A DNA stretch of 64,000 nucleotides from Candidatus Omnitrophota bacterium. GTDB lineage: Bacteria; Omnitrophota; Omnitrophia; Omnitrophales; Aquincolibacteriaceae. This document shows, piece after piece, positions 18,571 to 29,113 of the stretch. Location: positions 22,958-86,957 of the forward strand of contig CAISGE010000015.1 in assembly GCA_903884815.1 (NCBI GenBank), in the 5' to 3' direction. Position numbers and translations under genes: made by a program. A model generated the notes under the pieces. That model was given only the letters and a program-made list of their open reading frames with translations, was not told where the DNA came from and did not search any database. How positions within the stretch are numbered: position 1 is the stretch's first letter; every line of letters starts with the position of its first letter.

Positions 18571-19932
18571 ATGGCTTTTCGAGACGAGTGGTTAGCAAAA
18601 CGAGAAAAAGACACGAACCGTTCGCAGATGCATTATGCCCGGCGGGGGATCGTGACGGAAGAGATGGCTTTTGTGGCGGCCGACGAGAAGCTCTCACCGG
18701 AATTTATCCGCTCCGAGGTTGCGGCGGGGAGGCTCGTGATTTGCGCGAACGTGAATCACCGTGATCTCCGGCCCATGGGGATCGGGATTGGCGTTCGCTG
18801 CAAGATCAACGCGAATCTTGGGAATTCGGCGCTGGGTTCGGACATTCAGGCGGAAGTCGAGAAGGTCGGGCTCGCGGTCCGGTTCGGTGCGGATACAGTC
18901 ATGGATCTTTCGACCGGGAAACAGCTGGATGAGACCCGCGAAGCGATCATTCGCGCGACCATTGTGCCGGTGGGGACGGTGCCGATCTATGAAGCGCTGG
19001 AGCGCGTGAACGGAAAGCCGGAGGCTTTGACCCCCGAGATCATGTTCGAAGTAATCGAGCATCAGGCAAAACAGGGTGTGGATTTCATGACAATCCACGC
19101 TGGGGTGCTCCTGGAACATTTGCCGATGATCGAAACCCGGGTGACGGGCGTCGTGAGCCGGGGCGGGGCAATCCTCGCGAGGTGGTGCAAATTCCATCAG
19201 AAGCAAAATTTTCTTTTCAGCCATTACGATCGTTTGCTTGAGATCTGCAAAAAATACGACGTTACGATCAGCCTCGGGGACGGGATGCGGCCGGGTTGCC
19301 TCGCGGACGCGAGCGACAAGGCTCAGTTCGCGGAGCTTGATGCGCTTGGGGTGCTGACGCTAAAGGCCTGGGAGCAGGACGTGCAGGTGATGGTGGAAGG
19401 TCCGGGGCATGTGCCGATGGACCAGATCCCGATGAATATAGAGCGCCAGATCAAGGTCTGCCACGGAGCGCCTTTTTATGTGCTCGGGCCTCTTGTGACT
19501 GATATTGGAGCCGGCTACGATCACATTACTTCCGCGATCGGTGCTGCGATCGCTGCTCAGGCCGGTGCGGCGATGCTGTGTTACGTGACGCCGTGCGAGC
19601 ATCTGTGTTTGCCGAATCTCGATGATGTGAAGCAAGGCGTGATTGCCTACAAGATCGCAGCGCACGCAGCGGATATTGCGCGGCACCGTCCCGGCGCGCG
19701 CGACCGGGATGACGAAATGGCCCGGGCTCGGTTCGCCTTTGATTGGGAAAAACAGTTTGCTTTGACGCTTGATCCGGAGAATGCGAAAAAAAGGCACGAC
19801 GAAGCGCTTCCCGAGGGCGAGGCAAGGAATGCCGAATACTGTTCTATGTGCGGTGAGGGCTTTTGCGCCATGAATCTTTCGCAATGCCTGACCGATGCCG
19901 GGAAAAAGAAACAGGCTCTGAAGAAAAAATAA
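18571..19932 (+). CDS. thiC: phosphomethylpyrimidine synthase
   Basis: [16 protein letters not shown] and C-terminal [11 protein letters not shown] motifs are diagnostic for ThiC. Confidence 0.9.
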   Translation: MAFRDEWLAKREKDTNRSQMHYARRGIVTEEMAFVAADEKLSPEFIRSEVAAGRLVICANVNHRDLRPMGIGIGVRCKINANLGNSALGSDIQAEVEKVGLAVRFGADTVMDLSTGKQLDETREAIIRATIVPVGTVPIYEALERVNGKPEALTPEIMFEVIEHQAKQGVDFMTIHAGVLLEHLPMIETRVTGVVSRGGAILARWCKFHQKQNFLFSHYDRLLEICKKYDVTISLGDGMRPGCLADASDKAQFAELDALGVLTLKAWEQDVQVMVEGPGHVPMDQIPMNIERQIKVCHGAPFYVLGPLVTDIGAGYDHITSAIGAAIAAQAGAAMLCYVTPCEHLCLPNLDDVKQGVIAYKIAAHAADIARHRPGARDRDDEMARARFAFDWEKQFALTLDPENAKKRHDEALPEGEARNAEYCSMCGEGFCAMNLSQCLTDAGKKKQALKKK

Positions 19933-19937
19933 CCCCG

Positions 19938-19959
19938 GACACACCGGGTGTGGACAAGG
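19938..19959. repeat. GGACACACCGGGTGTGGACAAGG palindromic motif (copy 1), thiC|ispG
   Basis: Also occurs at 24195 and twice at 33601..33648. Confidence 0.65.
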
Positions 19960-19971
19960 GATGATCGGAAA

Positions 19972-21045
19972 ATGAAAAAACAAAATACGATCCTCAGGAA
20001 AAAAACGCGGGCGGTCAAGGTCGGAAAATTGATCTTGGGGGAGGGTCACCCCATTCGTATCCAGTCCATGACCAAAGTCCACACCAAGGACATTCGCGCG
20101 GTTTTGGAGCAGATCGCGCGGCTGGAGCAAGCGGGTTGCGAGATCGTGCGCTGCGCGTGCCCCGGCGAAGAAGACGTCAAGGCGCTGGGGAAGATCAAGG
20201 CGAAAATCAAGATCCCTCTCGTGGCGGACATTCATTTCAATTACCGGTTCGCCCTGATGGCGATCGATGAAGGTGTGGATAAACTCCGCCTCAATCCCGG
20301 CAATATCGGCGACAAGGATCGCGTGGCCGAAGTCGTGGAAAAAGCAAAGCGTCACCACATCCCGATCCGGATCGGGGTCAATTCCGGCTCGCTTGAAAAA
20401 GATCTGATGGAAAAATACGGGCCCACGCCCGAAGCCTTAGTCGAGAGCGCGCGGCGGCATGTTGCGATCCTTGAGGCGCTGGATTTCCATGACACCGTGA
20501 TCTCGCTCAAGGCGACCGATGTTCCGACCATGATCGAGGCCTATCGTCTCGCGAGCCAAAAATTTGATTATCCTCTTCATCTTGGCGTCACCGAAGCCGG
20601 GACTCTGATGCGGGGCAGTATCTATAACGCGATCGGTGTGGGGACGCTTTTGCAAGAGGGGATCGGTGATACGATCCGCGTGTCACTCACGGCGGATCCG
20701 GTCGAAGAAGTGAGGGTTGCGCGGATGATTCTGGAGTCACTCGACCTTCGCGAAGGCGTGCGCGTCATCTCCTGTCCGACTTGTGGGCGCACCGAGATCG
20801 ATACCGCGAAGCTGGCTCAGGAAGTGGAGGCTCGCGCCATGCGGCTCAAAGGGCCGCTTACGATCGCCGTGATGGGATGCGCGGTCAATGGTCCCGGCGA
20901 AGCCCAGGGTGCGGATTTCGCGATCACCGGCGGCCAGAAAAAGGGCATGATCTACGTCGCCGGGAAACAAGAACGCGTGGTCGACGAAGCGCATCTTGTT
21001 GATGAATTGTTTAAAGAGATCGAGAAAAGACAGGGCAACGGGTAA
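19972..21045 (+). CDS. ispG: 4-hydroxy-3-methylbut-2-enyl diphosphate synthase
   Basis: ISCPTCGRTEID and MGCAVNGPGEA Fe-S motifs. About 357 aa. Confidence 0.9.
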   Translation: MKKQNTILRKKTRAVKVGKLILGEGHPIRIQSMTKVHTKDIRAVLEQIARLEQAGCEIVRCACPGEEDVKALGKIKAKIKIPLVADIHFNYRFALMAIDEGVDKLRLNPGNIGDKDRVAEVVEKAKRHHIPIRIGVNSGSLEKDLMEKYGPTPEALVESARRHVAILEALDFHDTVISLKATDVPTMIEAYRLASQKFDYPLHLGVTEAGTLMRGSIYNAIGVGTLLQEGIGDTIRVSLTADPVEEVRVARMILESLDLREGVRVISCPTCGRTEIDTAKLAQEVEARAMRLKGPLTIAVMGCAVNGPGEAQGADFAITGGQKKGMIYVAGKQERVVDEAHLVDELFKEIEKRQGNG

Positions 21046-21100
21046 CGGGGAATGCAAAACCCGGAATGGCCTTTCGTCCTTCCACGATAGGAATGCTCAA

Positions 21101-22171
21101 ATGGTTACCCTCCAGGATATCCAGCAAAAATTAAAAGCCGGAGAGCGTCTGTCTCTTGAGGACGGGCGCGCGCTTTTTGAAAGCACGGATATCCTCACGA
21201 TCGGCCGGATGGCGCAGGACGTACGGGAGCGTCTGCACGGACGTCGCGCGTTTTATGCTGTGAACCTTCATCTGAATCCCACGAACATTTGTTCCACCCG
21301 CTGCGAATTCTGCGCCTTTTCCCGCGATGCCGGTGCGCTGGATGCTTACGCCTTGACGCTGGACGAGATCGAAAAGAAAGTCCGGACGGCGGTCGAACAA
21401 TTCCAGATCAACGAGGTCCATATCGTCGGCGGTCACAACCCCGCGCTCGGGTTTGACTACTATCTGGAGATGTTGCGCCGGCTAAGGCGTATCGACTCAA
21501 AGATCTTCATCAAAGCCTTCAGCGCGCCGGAGATCGATGATATGGCAAAGCGCGCGGGAATTTCATGGGAGGAAGTTCTGACGCAACTTAAGGGCGCTGG
21601 ATTGAGCGGAATGCCGGGCGGTGGAGCGGAAATTTTTGATCCCGAAGTGCGCGCGAAGCTGTGCCCCGGGAAGATCTCCGGTGAAGAGTGGCTGGGCGTG
21701 CACCGGACCGCACACGGGTTGGGGATCAAAACCAACGCGACTCTGCTTTACGGGCATATCGAAACTGCCGTACATCGTGTGGCCCATCTTTTGAAGTTAC
21801 GGGATCTCCAGGACGAGACCGGTGGGTTTAGCGCCTTTGTGCCGCTTGCCTACCATCCTCAAAACAATGCGCTCAAAGGGGCCCGGGAGACAACCGGTTT
21901 TCTGGATCTAAAAATGATTTCCATTTCGAGGCTTCTTCTTGATAATATCCCTCATATCAAGGCCCACGGATCGGCGACCAATCTCAAATTTATCCAAGCC
22001 GCACTTTCGTTCGGCGCGGATGACATGGGAGGCACCAATCTTCAGGAGCGGGTGATGCATGAAGCGGGGAGCCGTTCGCCGGAGGGATTAGGCGCGGCGG
22101 ACCTTGTTCGGTGTATCCGTGACGCGGGGTACACGCCTTGCCGGGTCGATAGTTCTTATTCAATCGCATAA
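21101..22171 (+). CDS. radical SAM enzyme, MqnE/MqnC/CofH family (futalosine-pathway type)
   Basis: NLHLNPTNICSTRCEFCAFSR CxxxCxxC block typical of the MqnC/MqnE/CofH family. Confidence 0.7.
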   Translation: MVTLQDIQQKLKAGERLSLEDGRALFESTDILTIGRMAQDVRERLHGRRAFYAVNLHLNPTNICSTRCEFCAFSRDAGALDAYALTLDEIEKKVRTAVEQFQINEVHIVGGHNPALGFDYYLEMLRRLRRIDSKIFIKAFSAPEIDDMAKRAGISWEEVLTQLKGAGLSGMPGGGAEIFDPEVRAKLCPGKISGEEWLGVHRTAHGLGIKTNATLLYGHIETAVHRVAHLLKLRDLQDETGGFSAFVPLAYHPQNNALKGARETTGFLDLKMISISRLLLDNIPHIKAHGSATNLKFIQAALSFGADDMGGTNLQERVMHEAGSRSPEGLGAADLVRCIRDAGYTPCRVDSSYSIA

Positions 22172-22189
22172 ACAAAGGACCTTACAACC

Positions 22190-22666
22190 ATGTCCGACAA
22201 AGTGATCTTGACGCAAGAAGGCTACGACAAACTTTATGAGGATCTGATGTTCCTCAAGACGAAGAAGCGCCGCGAGGTCGCGGACCAGCTTGAGAAGGCG
22301 CGGGCTCACGGGGACCTCAGCGAAAACGCCGACTGGGAGACCGCCAAAGAGACGAAGCATCAACTGGAAATCCGTATCGGCCAGTTGGAGCATCGGCTCG
22401 CGAGCGCGCAGATCGTCGCAAAAGGGGATATCGCGCAGGACAAGGTTTATCTGACGGCGAAGGTCAAGGTGAAGAATCTGAAAAGCGGCGATACCTTTGA
22501 TTACATCCTTGTTTCTCAGGACGAGGCGAATTTTGACGAGGGCAAGATCTCGGTCACCTCACCCATTGGCCGTGGACTTCTTGGGAAGTCTCTGAACGAG
22601 GTTGCTGAGATTCAGGTTCCTGTCGGTAAAATCCAACTCAAAATCATGGAGATAAACTATGAATAA
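22190..22666 (+). CDS. greA: transcription elongation factor GreA
   Basis: LTQEGYDKL...DLSENADWETAKE coiled-coil N-terminal domain plus FKBP-like C-terminal domain. 158 aa. Confidence 0.9.
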   Translation: MSDKVILTQEGYDKLYEDLMFLKTKKRREVADQLEKARAHGDLSENADWETAKETKHQLEIRIGQLEHRLASAQIVAKGDIAQDKVYLTAKVKVKNLKSGDTFDYILVSQDEANFDEGKISVTSPIGRGLLGKSLNEVAEIQVPVGKIQLKIMEINYE

Positions 22667-23474
22667 AATGCTGACGTTCTTTACCGCGCCCATCACCGCT
22701 CTTTTTTCTCCGTCCGTTTACCGGGATGCCGCCAAGAGTTCTCCGGCGCGCGGCGTGCTTTATTCGCTTTATCTCGCAGGCCTTTCGTGTGTTCTCGTCA
22801 TGATGGTGGTTTCGGTGAAGATCATGCCCCAGGCGGACGCGTTCGCGGGTTGGATCAAAACAAGTATGCCGGCTCTTCTCTGGACACCTGCGGGACTCAG
22901 CCTCGAGAATGGTAAGACCACCGCCGAGCTCCAACACCCCAAGTACGGCATGATCGCACTTTTTGATATGACGAAGACCTCGGCGACGGAAGCGGACATG
23001 GGAAAAGCCTATCTCCTCGTGACGTCGCAAAAAGTTTATATCCGGAAGGCACCGGGGCAGGTCGAGGAGCGGGACATTACGGGCGCCGGTATGCGTTCAA
23101 ATCAGTCGCTTCCGCCCAAGGTTCGTATTGACGGAGGGATCGCGGAGAAGCTTTATCAGAATCTTAAGAAGGCGCTGGCGTTCGCGCTGCCGTTCATGAT
23201 CCTGATTTTGTCGCTCGTGTTTTTCCTCGTCATGAATCTCTTTTACTCCTTGGCGGGACTTCTTTTCAACAAGATGCGCAAGGACAAGCTTGGCTACGGG
23301 GCGATCTTTAATCTCACCTGCTTCGCGATGACGGCATCGTTCACGCTGACCTGGCTCAAAGTCCTGATCCCTGTGCCGGCTTTCCCCGGGACATTTGGCT
23401 TGAATGTTCTTGTGACGCTCCTCTATATGTACTTCGCCTTCAAGATCACGGATTCAAAGCCCGAAGTCATTTAA
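22659..23474 (+). CDS. hypothetical membrane protein
   Basis: 271 aa with several TM segments and no recognised motif. 8-nt overlap with greA. Confidence 0.5.
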   Translation: MNKMLTFFTAPITALFSPSVYRDAAKSSPARGVLYSLYLAGLSCVLVMMVVSVKIMPQADAFAGWIKTSMPALLWTPAGLSLENGKTTAELQHPKYGMIALFDMTKTSATEADMGKAYLLVTSQKVYIRKAPGQVEERDITGAGMRSNQSLPPKVRIDGGIAEKLYQNLKKALAFALPFMILILSLVFFLVMNLFYSLAGLLFNKMRKDKLGYGAIFNLTCFAMTASFTLTWLKVLIPVPAFPGTFGLNVLVTLLYMYFAFKITDSKPEVI

Positions 23475-23483
23475 ACAAAATAA

Positions 23484-23525
23484 AAGGGGACAGGCAGTTA
23501 TTTGATGCCTGTCCTCTTTTATTAT
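23484..23525 (+). terminator. rho-independent terminator (GGGGACAGGCA hairpin family)
   Basis: AAAAGGGGACAGGCAGTTATTTGATGCCTGTCCTCTTTTATT, 9 nt after the stop. Confidence 0.7.
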
Positions 23526-23725
23526 TTCAACAGACTACCTACCCCGTACTACCTACCGTTTTTCAAATCGTGCAACCTGTCGCAGATTTGTCTCCATCTA
23601 TAACAGGGGGTATGGGCTTAAATGTGTTCCAACATTGCCAAAGGTCATCCCCTGAGTAGTATTGCAGATAAGGATAAGGCGAGGGGTCTGTGTCGATTTT
23701 TGCGGTAACTTTGAACGTTTCGTCG

Positions 23726-24070
23726 TTAAAGGCCGCATACCGATACGTCCAAACTTATTGTCTTTTCTATGCCGGTAAGCCCAAGATCGGCCCAACTAGC
23801 CTCATTAGAGTCTTGAGAATCATCCGTGGGATGCGAAACAATTATTGTTGCTCCATCTTGAAGTATATTGGGAAGCAGATAGGTTCCATGGAAGTCGTAG
23901 TATCTTTCCGCTGCGCGCTTCATGGCGCCCACCATTTGAAATGCTTCGGCGGCTTTGGCTTTTTCGGTTTGCATCAGCATGCGCGGCACGATAAGCGATG
24001 CCAGGATAGCGATGATCACGACCACGATCAATACCTCGACAAGCGTGAATCCTCTTTGCCTGTTTTTCAT
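23726..24070 (-). CDS. type IV pilin-like protein, paralog 2 (C-terminally truncated, probably frameshifted)
   Basis: MKNRQRG then FTLVEVLIVVVIIAILASLIVPRM. Only 114 aa versus 166-187 for the paralogs. A +2-frame ORF (23598..23795) continues downstream. Confidence 0.6.
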   Translation of the reverse strand: MKNRQRGFTLVEVLIVVVIIAILASLIVPRMLMQTEKAKAAEAFQMVGAMKRAAERYYDFHGTYLLPNILQDGATIIVSHPTDDSQDSNEASWADLGLTGIEKTISLDVSVCGL

Positions 24071-24194
24071 AAGCTTCCTCCTTGGGAATGACGCAAAATT
24101 ACTATCTAGAGATTCGTCATTTACCCAAGAAAACTATAGCATATGTTCGGAGGGTGGGGGCCGGAAGGCGAGGACGCCAGGGACGTTCTCCCTA

Positions 24195-24210
24195 TACACA
24201 CCGGGTGTGG
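24195..24210. repeat. TACACACCGGGTGTGG palindromic motif (copy 2)
   Basis: Read directly. Confidence 0.6.
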
Positions 24211-24220
24211 CAATGCTGTA

Positions 24221-25114
24221 CTACAAGCTGGATTCGCTGGCAAGGGTGGCGGGGAGTTTTATTTCGCGCCGGGTTTCGAAGTAGGAAATGAGCGAGCCGC
24301 TTCCCACGATCAGGACAATGCCGGTCGCCGTGACCCAGGTGATGGCATCCCCCCAGAGCATCCATCCGTAAAAGAACGATAGCACCGGATGAAGATACGA
24401 GAACGGCGTGACGAGATAGGCGGGCGCCCGTCGCAGGGCCGTGGTCATCCAGATCTGTCCGAAAAAGGAAAAGATCACCACGCCTGCCACAAGCCCCCAG
24501 GTCCCAAGATCCGGCCACTTCCATCCTTGGAGAAAGAAAAGCGATCCCGCGGTCGAGATCAGCGTAAAATAAAAGATCACCGTGTAGGGCGATTCTCGGT
24601 GGCGGATGGTGCGGATCGAAAGGTACGCGAAGGCCGCGAAAATGGAGGAGAGGAGCGCCAGCCACATGGCGGGGCTCCACGCCACGTTGGAGTGCGCGTT
24701 TAGCAGCACCACTCCCGCGAAAGACAGCAGGATCAAAAAACAAAGCGAGAGGCTCGGACGTTCCTTCAGGATGAAGATCGAGAAGATCACGGTGAAGATC
24801 GGGGCTGTGTAGTTGAGCATGATCGCGAGGCCGAGGTCGAGTTTCGAGATCGTATAGAAATGCAGGATCAGGGCCGCGAAGCCGCAGAGGCCTCGCGCCG
24901 TCAGCTTGAAGCGCTCGGAGCCCCAAAGGGACACTTTTTTATTCCATATGACGGGAAGCACCATCAGAAGGCCGAAGAAGCTCCGGAAGAAAACGATCTG
25001 GAAAGGGGAGATGGACGCGCTGGCATATTTGACGCAAAGCGCCATCCCGGAAAAGCAGAGCGCGCTCTGGGTCATGAGCCGGATGCCGGAGAGATAAAGT
25101 TTAGAGCGTTTCAT
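24221..25114 (-). CDS. EamA/DMT-family transporter
   Basis: 10-TM protein with two EamA-like halves. Start trimmed to MKRSKLY. Confidence 0.7.
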   Translation of the reverse strand: MKRSKLYLSGIRLMTQSALCFSGMALCVKYASASISPFQIVFFRSFFGLLMVLPVIWNKKVSLWGSERFKLTARGLCGFAALILHFYTISKLDLGLAIMLNYTAPIFTVIFSIFILKERPSLSLCFLILLSFAGVVLLNAHSNVAWSPAMWLALLSSIFAAFAYLSIRTIRHRESPYTVIFYFTLISTAGSLFFLQGWKWPDLGTWGLVAGVVIFSFFGQIWMTTALRRAPAYLVTPFSYLHPVLSFFYGWMLWGDAITWVTATGIVLIVGSGSLISYFETRREIKLPATLASESSL

Positions 25115-25120
25115 TTTTTT

Positions 25121-25196
25121 CGTACAACGAGAAACGGGCAACGTGCAACGTTAAAGCCGAAGCTTTTTCGTTGTCCGTTGAACATCGTACGTTGAC
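25121..25196. repeat. HPE copy between the ADH stop and the EamA start
   Basis: CGTACAACG AGAAACG GGCAACG TGCAACG ... CGTTGTC CGTTGAA CATCGTA CGTTGAC. Confidence 0.75.
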
Positions 25197-26234
25197 CTAG
25201 GTTTTTAGAATGATTTTGCCGAAATTTTCGCGAGCGGCCATGCGGTTAAGGGCCTTGCGCGCTTCCCGGAGAGGGAACACTTGATCGAGCACGGGTTTCA
25301 GACGGCCGTCCTGGATGCGGCGGACAACCCGCTTGAGTTCGTCGATGCCGCCCATGTAGGAACCCGTGATCGAGATCTGATGGGTGTAAAGATAACGCAG
25401 GTCAAAGCTGACGGTACGCCCGGCGGTGGCGCCGCAGGTCACGATCCGTCCCCGTTTTTTAAGGCACAGAACGCTTTTGGTGAAGGTCTCCCCGCCGATA
25501 TGCTCAAAGAGGACGTCGACTCCCTGGCTTTTCGTGAAGCGCATGACCTCACTGTGGAAATCCTTCAGCCGATAGTTGATCACGTGATCCGCGCCGAGGG
25601 CTTTGGCGCGCTGGACTTTTTCCTCGCTTCCCACGGTGGTGATGACGTGGGCGCCGAGAAGCTTTGCGATCTGGATCGCCGCGCTTCCGATGCCACTTCC
25701 GGCGGCATGGATCAGGACGGTTTCCTTTTTCTGGAGCGCCGCGTGCGTGACGAGGATATGCCAGGCCGTGAGGAAGACAAGCGGTACCGCGGCCCAGGAT
25801 TCCATGCCGAGTTTTCCGGGGACGGGGATAATGTTCCGTGCCGGGACTTTGACGTATTCAGCGAAGCCGCCGTTATTCTGGAACCCGATGATCTCATACT
25901 TTGCGCAGAGGCTGTCCCATCCCGATTCGCAGTAGGCGCATGTCCCGCATGAAATACCGGGTGCAACGATGACAGGCTGGTGGAGCGGGATGCCGTGAGC
26001 TTTCTTGCCTTTTTCGACGACTTCGCCCGCGATATCACAGCCGAGTATATGGGGCATGCTGATCTTGATGCCGGGCATGCCCCCGAGTACCCAAAGGTCC
26101 AAATGATTCAGCGCGCAGGCCTTGACCTTGACCAGAACATCTTTTTTCCCAAGCTCCGGGATCGGGACATAAGCTTCTTCAAGCTCTGCCGTCGTGCCGT
26201 GTTTTTTAAAAATGACCGCTTTCATTTTTGCCAT
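25197..26234 (-). CDS. Zn-dependent alcohol dehydrogenase / MDR-family oxidoreductase
   Basis: GCDIAGEVV, CGTCAYCESG and GxGxxG (HAAGSGIGS) motifs. Confidence 0.85.
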   Translation of the reverse strand: MAKMKAVIFKKHGTTAELEEAYVPIPELGKKDVLVKVKACALNHLDLWVLGGMPGIKISMPHILGCDIAGEVVEKGKKAHGIPLHQPVIVAPGISCGTCAYCESGWDSLCAKYEIIGFQNNGGFAEYVKVPARNIIPVPGKLGMESWAAVPLVFLTAWHILVTHAALQKKETVLIHAAGSGIGSAAIQIAKLLGAHVITTVGSEEKVQRAKALGADHVINYRLKDFHSEVMRFTKSQGVDVLFEHIGGETFTKSVLCLKKRGRIVTCGATAGRTVSFDLRYLYTHQISITGSYMGGIDELKRVVRRIQDGRLKPVLDQVFPLREARKALNRMAARENFGKIILKT

Positions 26235-26379
26235 GAGAGGTCACCTGATTGGATCTGTAGGGCAGGTTTAAACCTTCCCTAGGGTTTTCAAAAAAATCAT
26301 AAATTACTTATTGGATCGGATTATAGCGGAAAGCGAGAAGGCTTACAATGTCGGGCGCGGGGCTGTTATAATCCACGCT

Positions 26380-27039
26380 ATGCGAGAGACATTACGTTCG
26401 AAAAAGAAACGCGTGCGCGCCATTTTTAGAATCCTGGGAAAGACCTATCCGGACTCTCAATGTGCCCTTTATTTTAAGACGCCGTGGGAACTCCTCGTCG
26501 CGACGATTCTTTCCGCCCAGTGTACGGACAAGCGAGTGAATCAGGTGACGCCGGCGCTTTTCAAGAGATATCCCGACATCCGTGCCTTCGTGGCCGCCGA
26601 TCTCTTCGGAGTCGAGGAGATCGTTCGCAGTACGGGTTTTTACAGGAACAAGACCAAGAACATCTTAGGAGCGGCACGGGCGGTGCTCGCGCGATTCGGT
26701 GGGGAAGTGCCGTCCCGCATGGAGGATCTGGTGACGATCCCGGGCGTCGGCCGGAAGACGGCCAATGTGATCTTGGGGAACGCGTATGGCATTCCCGGGA
26801 TCCCGGTGGACACACATATGATCCGTATCAACCGGCTCTTGGGCCTGACGCTTCACAAGGATCCCGTAAAGATCGAGCGGAATCTGATGGAGCTTGTGCC
26901 TCGCAAGGACTGGACCGTTTACTCGCATCGCATTATCCACCATGGCCGCGCCTGCTGTGTCGCCCGGCGCCCCGATTGTATAAAGTGCGAGATCCGGAAA
27001 TTGTGTCCTTCAGCAAAAAAAGTGGACGGAAAAACCTAA
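26380..27039 (+). CDS. nth: endonuclease III
   Basis: HhH-GPD motif (LVTIPGVGRKTANVIL) plus the C-terminal 4Cys cluster CxxxxxxCxxC..C. Confidence 0.9.
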   Translation: MRETLRSKKKRVRAIFRILGKTYPDSQCALYFKTPWELLVATILSAQCTDKRVNQVTPALFKRYPDIRAFVAADLFGVEEIVRSTGFYRNKTKNILGAARAVLARFGGEVPSRMEDLVTIPGVGRKTANVILGNAYGIPGIPVDTHMIRINRLLGLTLHKDPVKIERNLMELVPRKDWTVYSHRIIHHGRACCVARRPDCIKCEIRKLCPSAKKVDGKT

Positions 27040-27188
27040 AGGAAAGTGCTCGAGGTTCCGAAAATCTGTAGGAGACCACAAGAGAGGAGCGCTTCGGAAA
27101 AGAAAAGCGTGAGCTTCTATTGCGCTTTTCATTCCTGGCGACTTAGGCTATCATGACTGCACATTTTATTTTTGAGGGAGAAAAAAAT

Positions 27189-27560
27189 ATGGCCCAGAAA
27201 AAGATCCTGTTCATAGACGACGAGCCGGTGGTGCTGACGCTGATGAAGAACCGTCTCGTGTCGAGGGATTTTCTAGTCGAGACCGCGGCGGACGGCGCGA
27301 CTGGTTTGGCCAAGGCCAAAACGTGGCAACCCGACCTTATTTTATTGGATATTGCCATGCCGGGTTTGGATGGCTATGAGATCTGCCGCTCCCTCAAAGA
27401 AATGAACGCGACAGCAGACATCCCGGTGATCCTCTTTACCGCGATGCAGGACGCCCAGCTTGACGTTCTCGCCAAATCAGCCGGTGCCGCGCGAGTGATA
27501 CGCAAACCTTTCGTCGATCAGGTTTTTCAGGCTATCGACCAGATCCTTGGCCCTCAATAA
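27189..27560 (+). CDS. response regulator, stand-alone receiver domain
   Basis: KILFIDDEP...DLILLDIAMPGLDG receiver motifs. 123 aa. Confidence 0.8.
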   Translation: MAQKKILFIDDEPVVLTLMKNRLVSRDFLVETAADGATGLAKAKTWQPDLILLDIAMPGLDGYEICRSLKEMNATADIPVILFTAMQDAQLDVLAKSAGAARVIRKPFVDQVFQAIDQILGPQ

Positions 27561-27725
27561 CAAAAGGGCGACACCCTTTTTGTCCTTCGGCACACAGATT
27601 CTATTGATCGCCGATATCCCTCTTTTTTCCTTTCCCGGCCTTATGGACACAGGCCTGTGTTCAGTGTATATTACAGCTCCGTTGCGACACGATTTTCACC
27701 GCCATCTTCCAGAAGGAGCCATTTC

Positions 27726-28055
27726 ATGAGCAAAGAAAAAGTTCTGACCGACGCAAACTTCCAGAAAGAAGTACTTGAGTCCCCACTGCCCGTCCTTCTT
27801 GATTTCTGGGCGGAGTGGTGCGGTCCCTGCCGGATGCTCGGTCCCGTGATTGAAAAGATCGCCGCCGCGAACGCCGGGCGCATCGTTGTCGGAAAAATGA
27901 ACGTGGATGAGAATCCGGCCACGCCGCAGAAGTACGGGGTGCAGGGCATCCCCACGGTGATTTTCTTCAAAGGTGGGGAAGTCGCGAAGCAACTGGTAGG
28001 CTACCAGGCCCAAGACAAGATCCAGAAGGCCATCGACGAGCTTTTCCCGAAATAA
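27726..28055 (+). CDS. trxA: thioredoxin
   Basis: WAEWCGPCRM active site. 109 aa. Confidence 0.9.
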   Translation: MSKEKVLTDANFQKEVLESPLPVLLDFWAEWCGPCRMLGPVIEKIAAANAGRIVVGKMNVDENPATPQKYGVQGIPTVIFFKGGEVAKQLVGYQAQDKIQKAIDELFPK

Positions 28056-28068
28056 GGTGACGGTCACT

Positions 28069-28114
28069 AAAAGGGGGACAGGCAGTCACTTAATGCCTGT
28101 CCCCTTTTTTTTAT
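28069..28114 (+). terminator. rho-independent terminator (GGGGACAGGCA hairpin family)
   Basis: AAAAGGGGGACAGGCAGTCACTTAATGCCTGTCCCC followed by T10. Confidence 0.8.
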
Positions 28115-28150
28115 TTGAAAGTCATTTCAGATGAGAATCTCCTCCCCTTT

Positions 28151-29113
28151 ATGAAAGAACGCCGCATCGGAAAAACAAACCTGCGCGTTTCGGAGATTGG
28201 CTTTGGCGGCTGGCCCATCGGCGGCGGCAGTTACGGCCCGGTCGATGATGCCGCTTCCCTTGATGCCCTCGACGCGGCTTGGGATTCCGGGATTAATTTT
28301 TTCGATACGGCGGACGTGTACGGCGAAGGCCACAGCGAAGAACTTCTCGGGACGTTCCTCAAGACCAAACGCCGCGAACAGGCCGTGATCGCCACCAAGG
28401 GCGGCTGGGACTTTTACCACGGCGCCCACGTCAAGAATTTCACTCCGGAGCATCTCCGGAACGCTTGCGAAAATAGTCTGAAACGCCTCGGGGTCGAGAC
28501 GATCGATCTCTATCAGCTGCATAATCCCTCGCTGGAAATGATCCGCAAAAAAGAGATCGTGAACGTGCTTTCATTGCTGAAAAAAGAAGGCAAGATCCGC
28601 TATATCGGGATGTCGGTCCACACAGAAGTCGAGGCCTTTGCGGCGCTGCAAGACCCCCGGGTCTCCGCGATCCAGATCATTTTCAATCTTATGGACCAGC
28701 GCATGGTGGAGCGTGTTTTTCCAGAGGCCGACAAGCAGAATGCGGGGATCATCGTCCGTGAGCCGCTTGCTTCGGGGATGCTGAGCGGGGACTATTTGCC
28801 TTCCCATGAGTTTCCTAAAGATGATCATCGCCGTCGCTGGCTTCCAGCCAAGAGAGAAGCGGATTGGCAGAAGGTTAAGTGTCTTCAGAATGCTCTGAAA
28901 GACAAAAAGATCCCGCTCACGCAGGCGGCGCTGGAGTTTATTCTCTCATTCGATGTGGTCTCTTCGGCGATCCCCGGCGCGAAAACACGGACTCAGGTTC
29001 TTGCGAACGCCGCGGCTTCGCTCGCTCCGGAGCTTGAACGGGAGGATATCGACCGTTTGGAGACCCTTTACGCGCAGGAGCAGATCTTCCGGCAAGGTAT
29101 GAACCCGAAATGA
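28151..29113 (+). CDS. aldo/keto reductase
   Basis: IGFGGW...FFDTADVYGEG...LYQLHNP AKR motifs. Confidence 0.85.
   Translation: MKERRIGKTNLRVSEIGFGGWPIGGGSYGPVDDAASLDALDAAWDSGINFFDTADVYGEGHSEELLGTFLKTKRREQAVIATKGGWDFYHGAHVKNFTPEHLRNACENSLKRLGVETIDLYQLHNPSLEMIRKKEIVNVLSLLKKEGKIRYIGMSVHTEVEAFAALQDPRVSAIQIIFNLMDQRMVERVFPEADKQNAGIIVREPLASGMLSGDYLPSHEFPKDDHRRRWLPAKREADWQKVKCLQNALKDKKIPLTQAALEFILSFDVVSSAIPGAKTRTQVLANAAASLAPELEREDIDRLETLYAQEQIFRQGMNPK

Noticed and set aside
23521-23560. CTACCTACCCCGTACTACCTACCG (23527-23552) and CCACCTACCACATACTACCGAC (63205-63226) as lone arms of the GTACG-type heptamer element.
   Set aside because: No complementary partner arm nearby. Too degenerate to assign confidently.
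23475-23725. Intergenic regions 23475-23725, 35660-36094, 40721-40851, 51728-52053 and 57017-57125 inspected for tRNA or tmRNA.
   Set aside because: No cloverleaf-compatible segments or GTTCGAATC-like T-arms seen. This cannot be excluded without tRNAscan.
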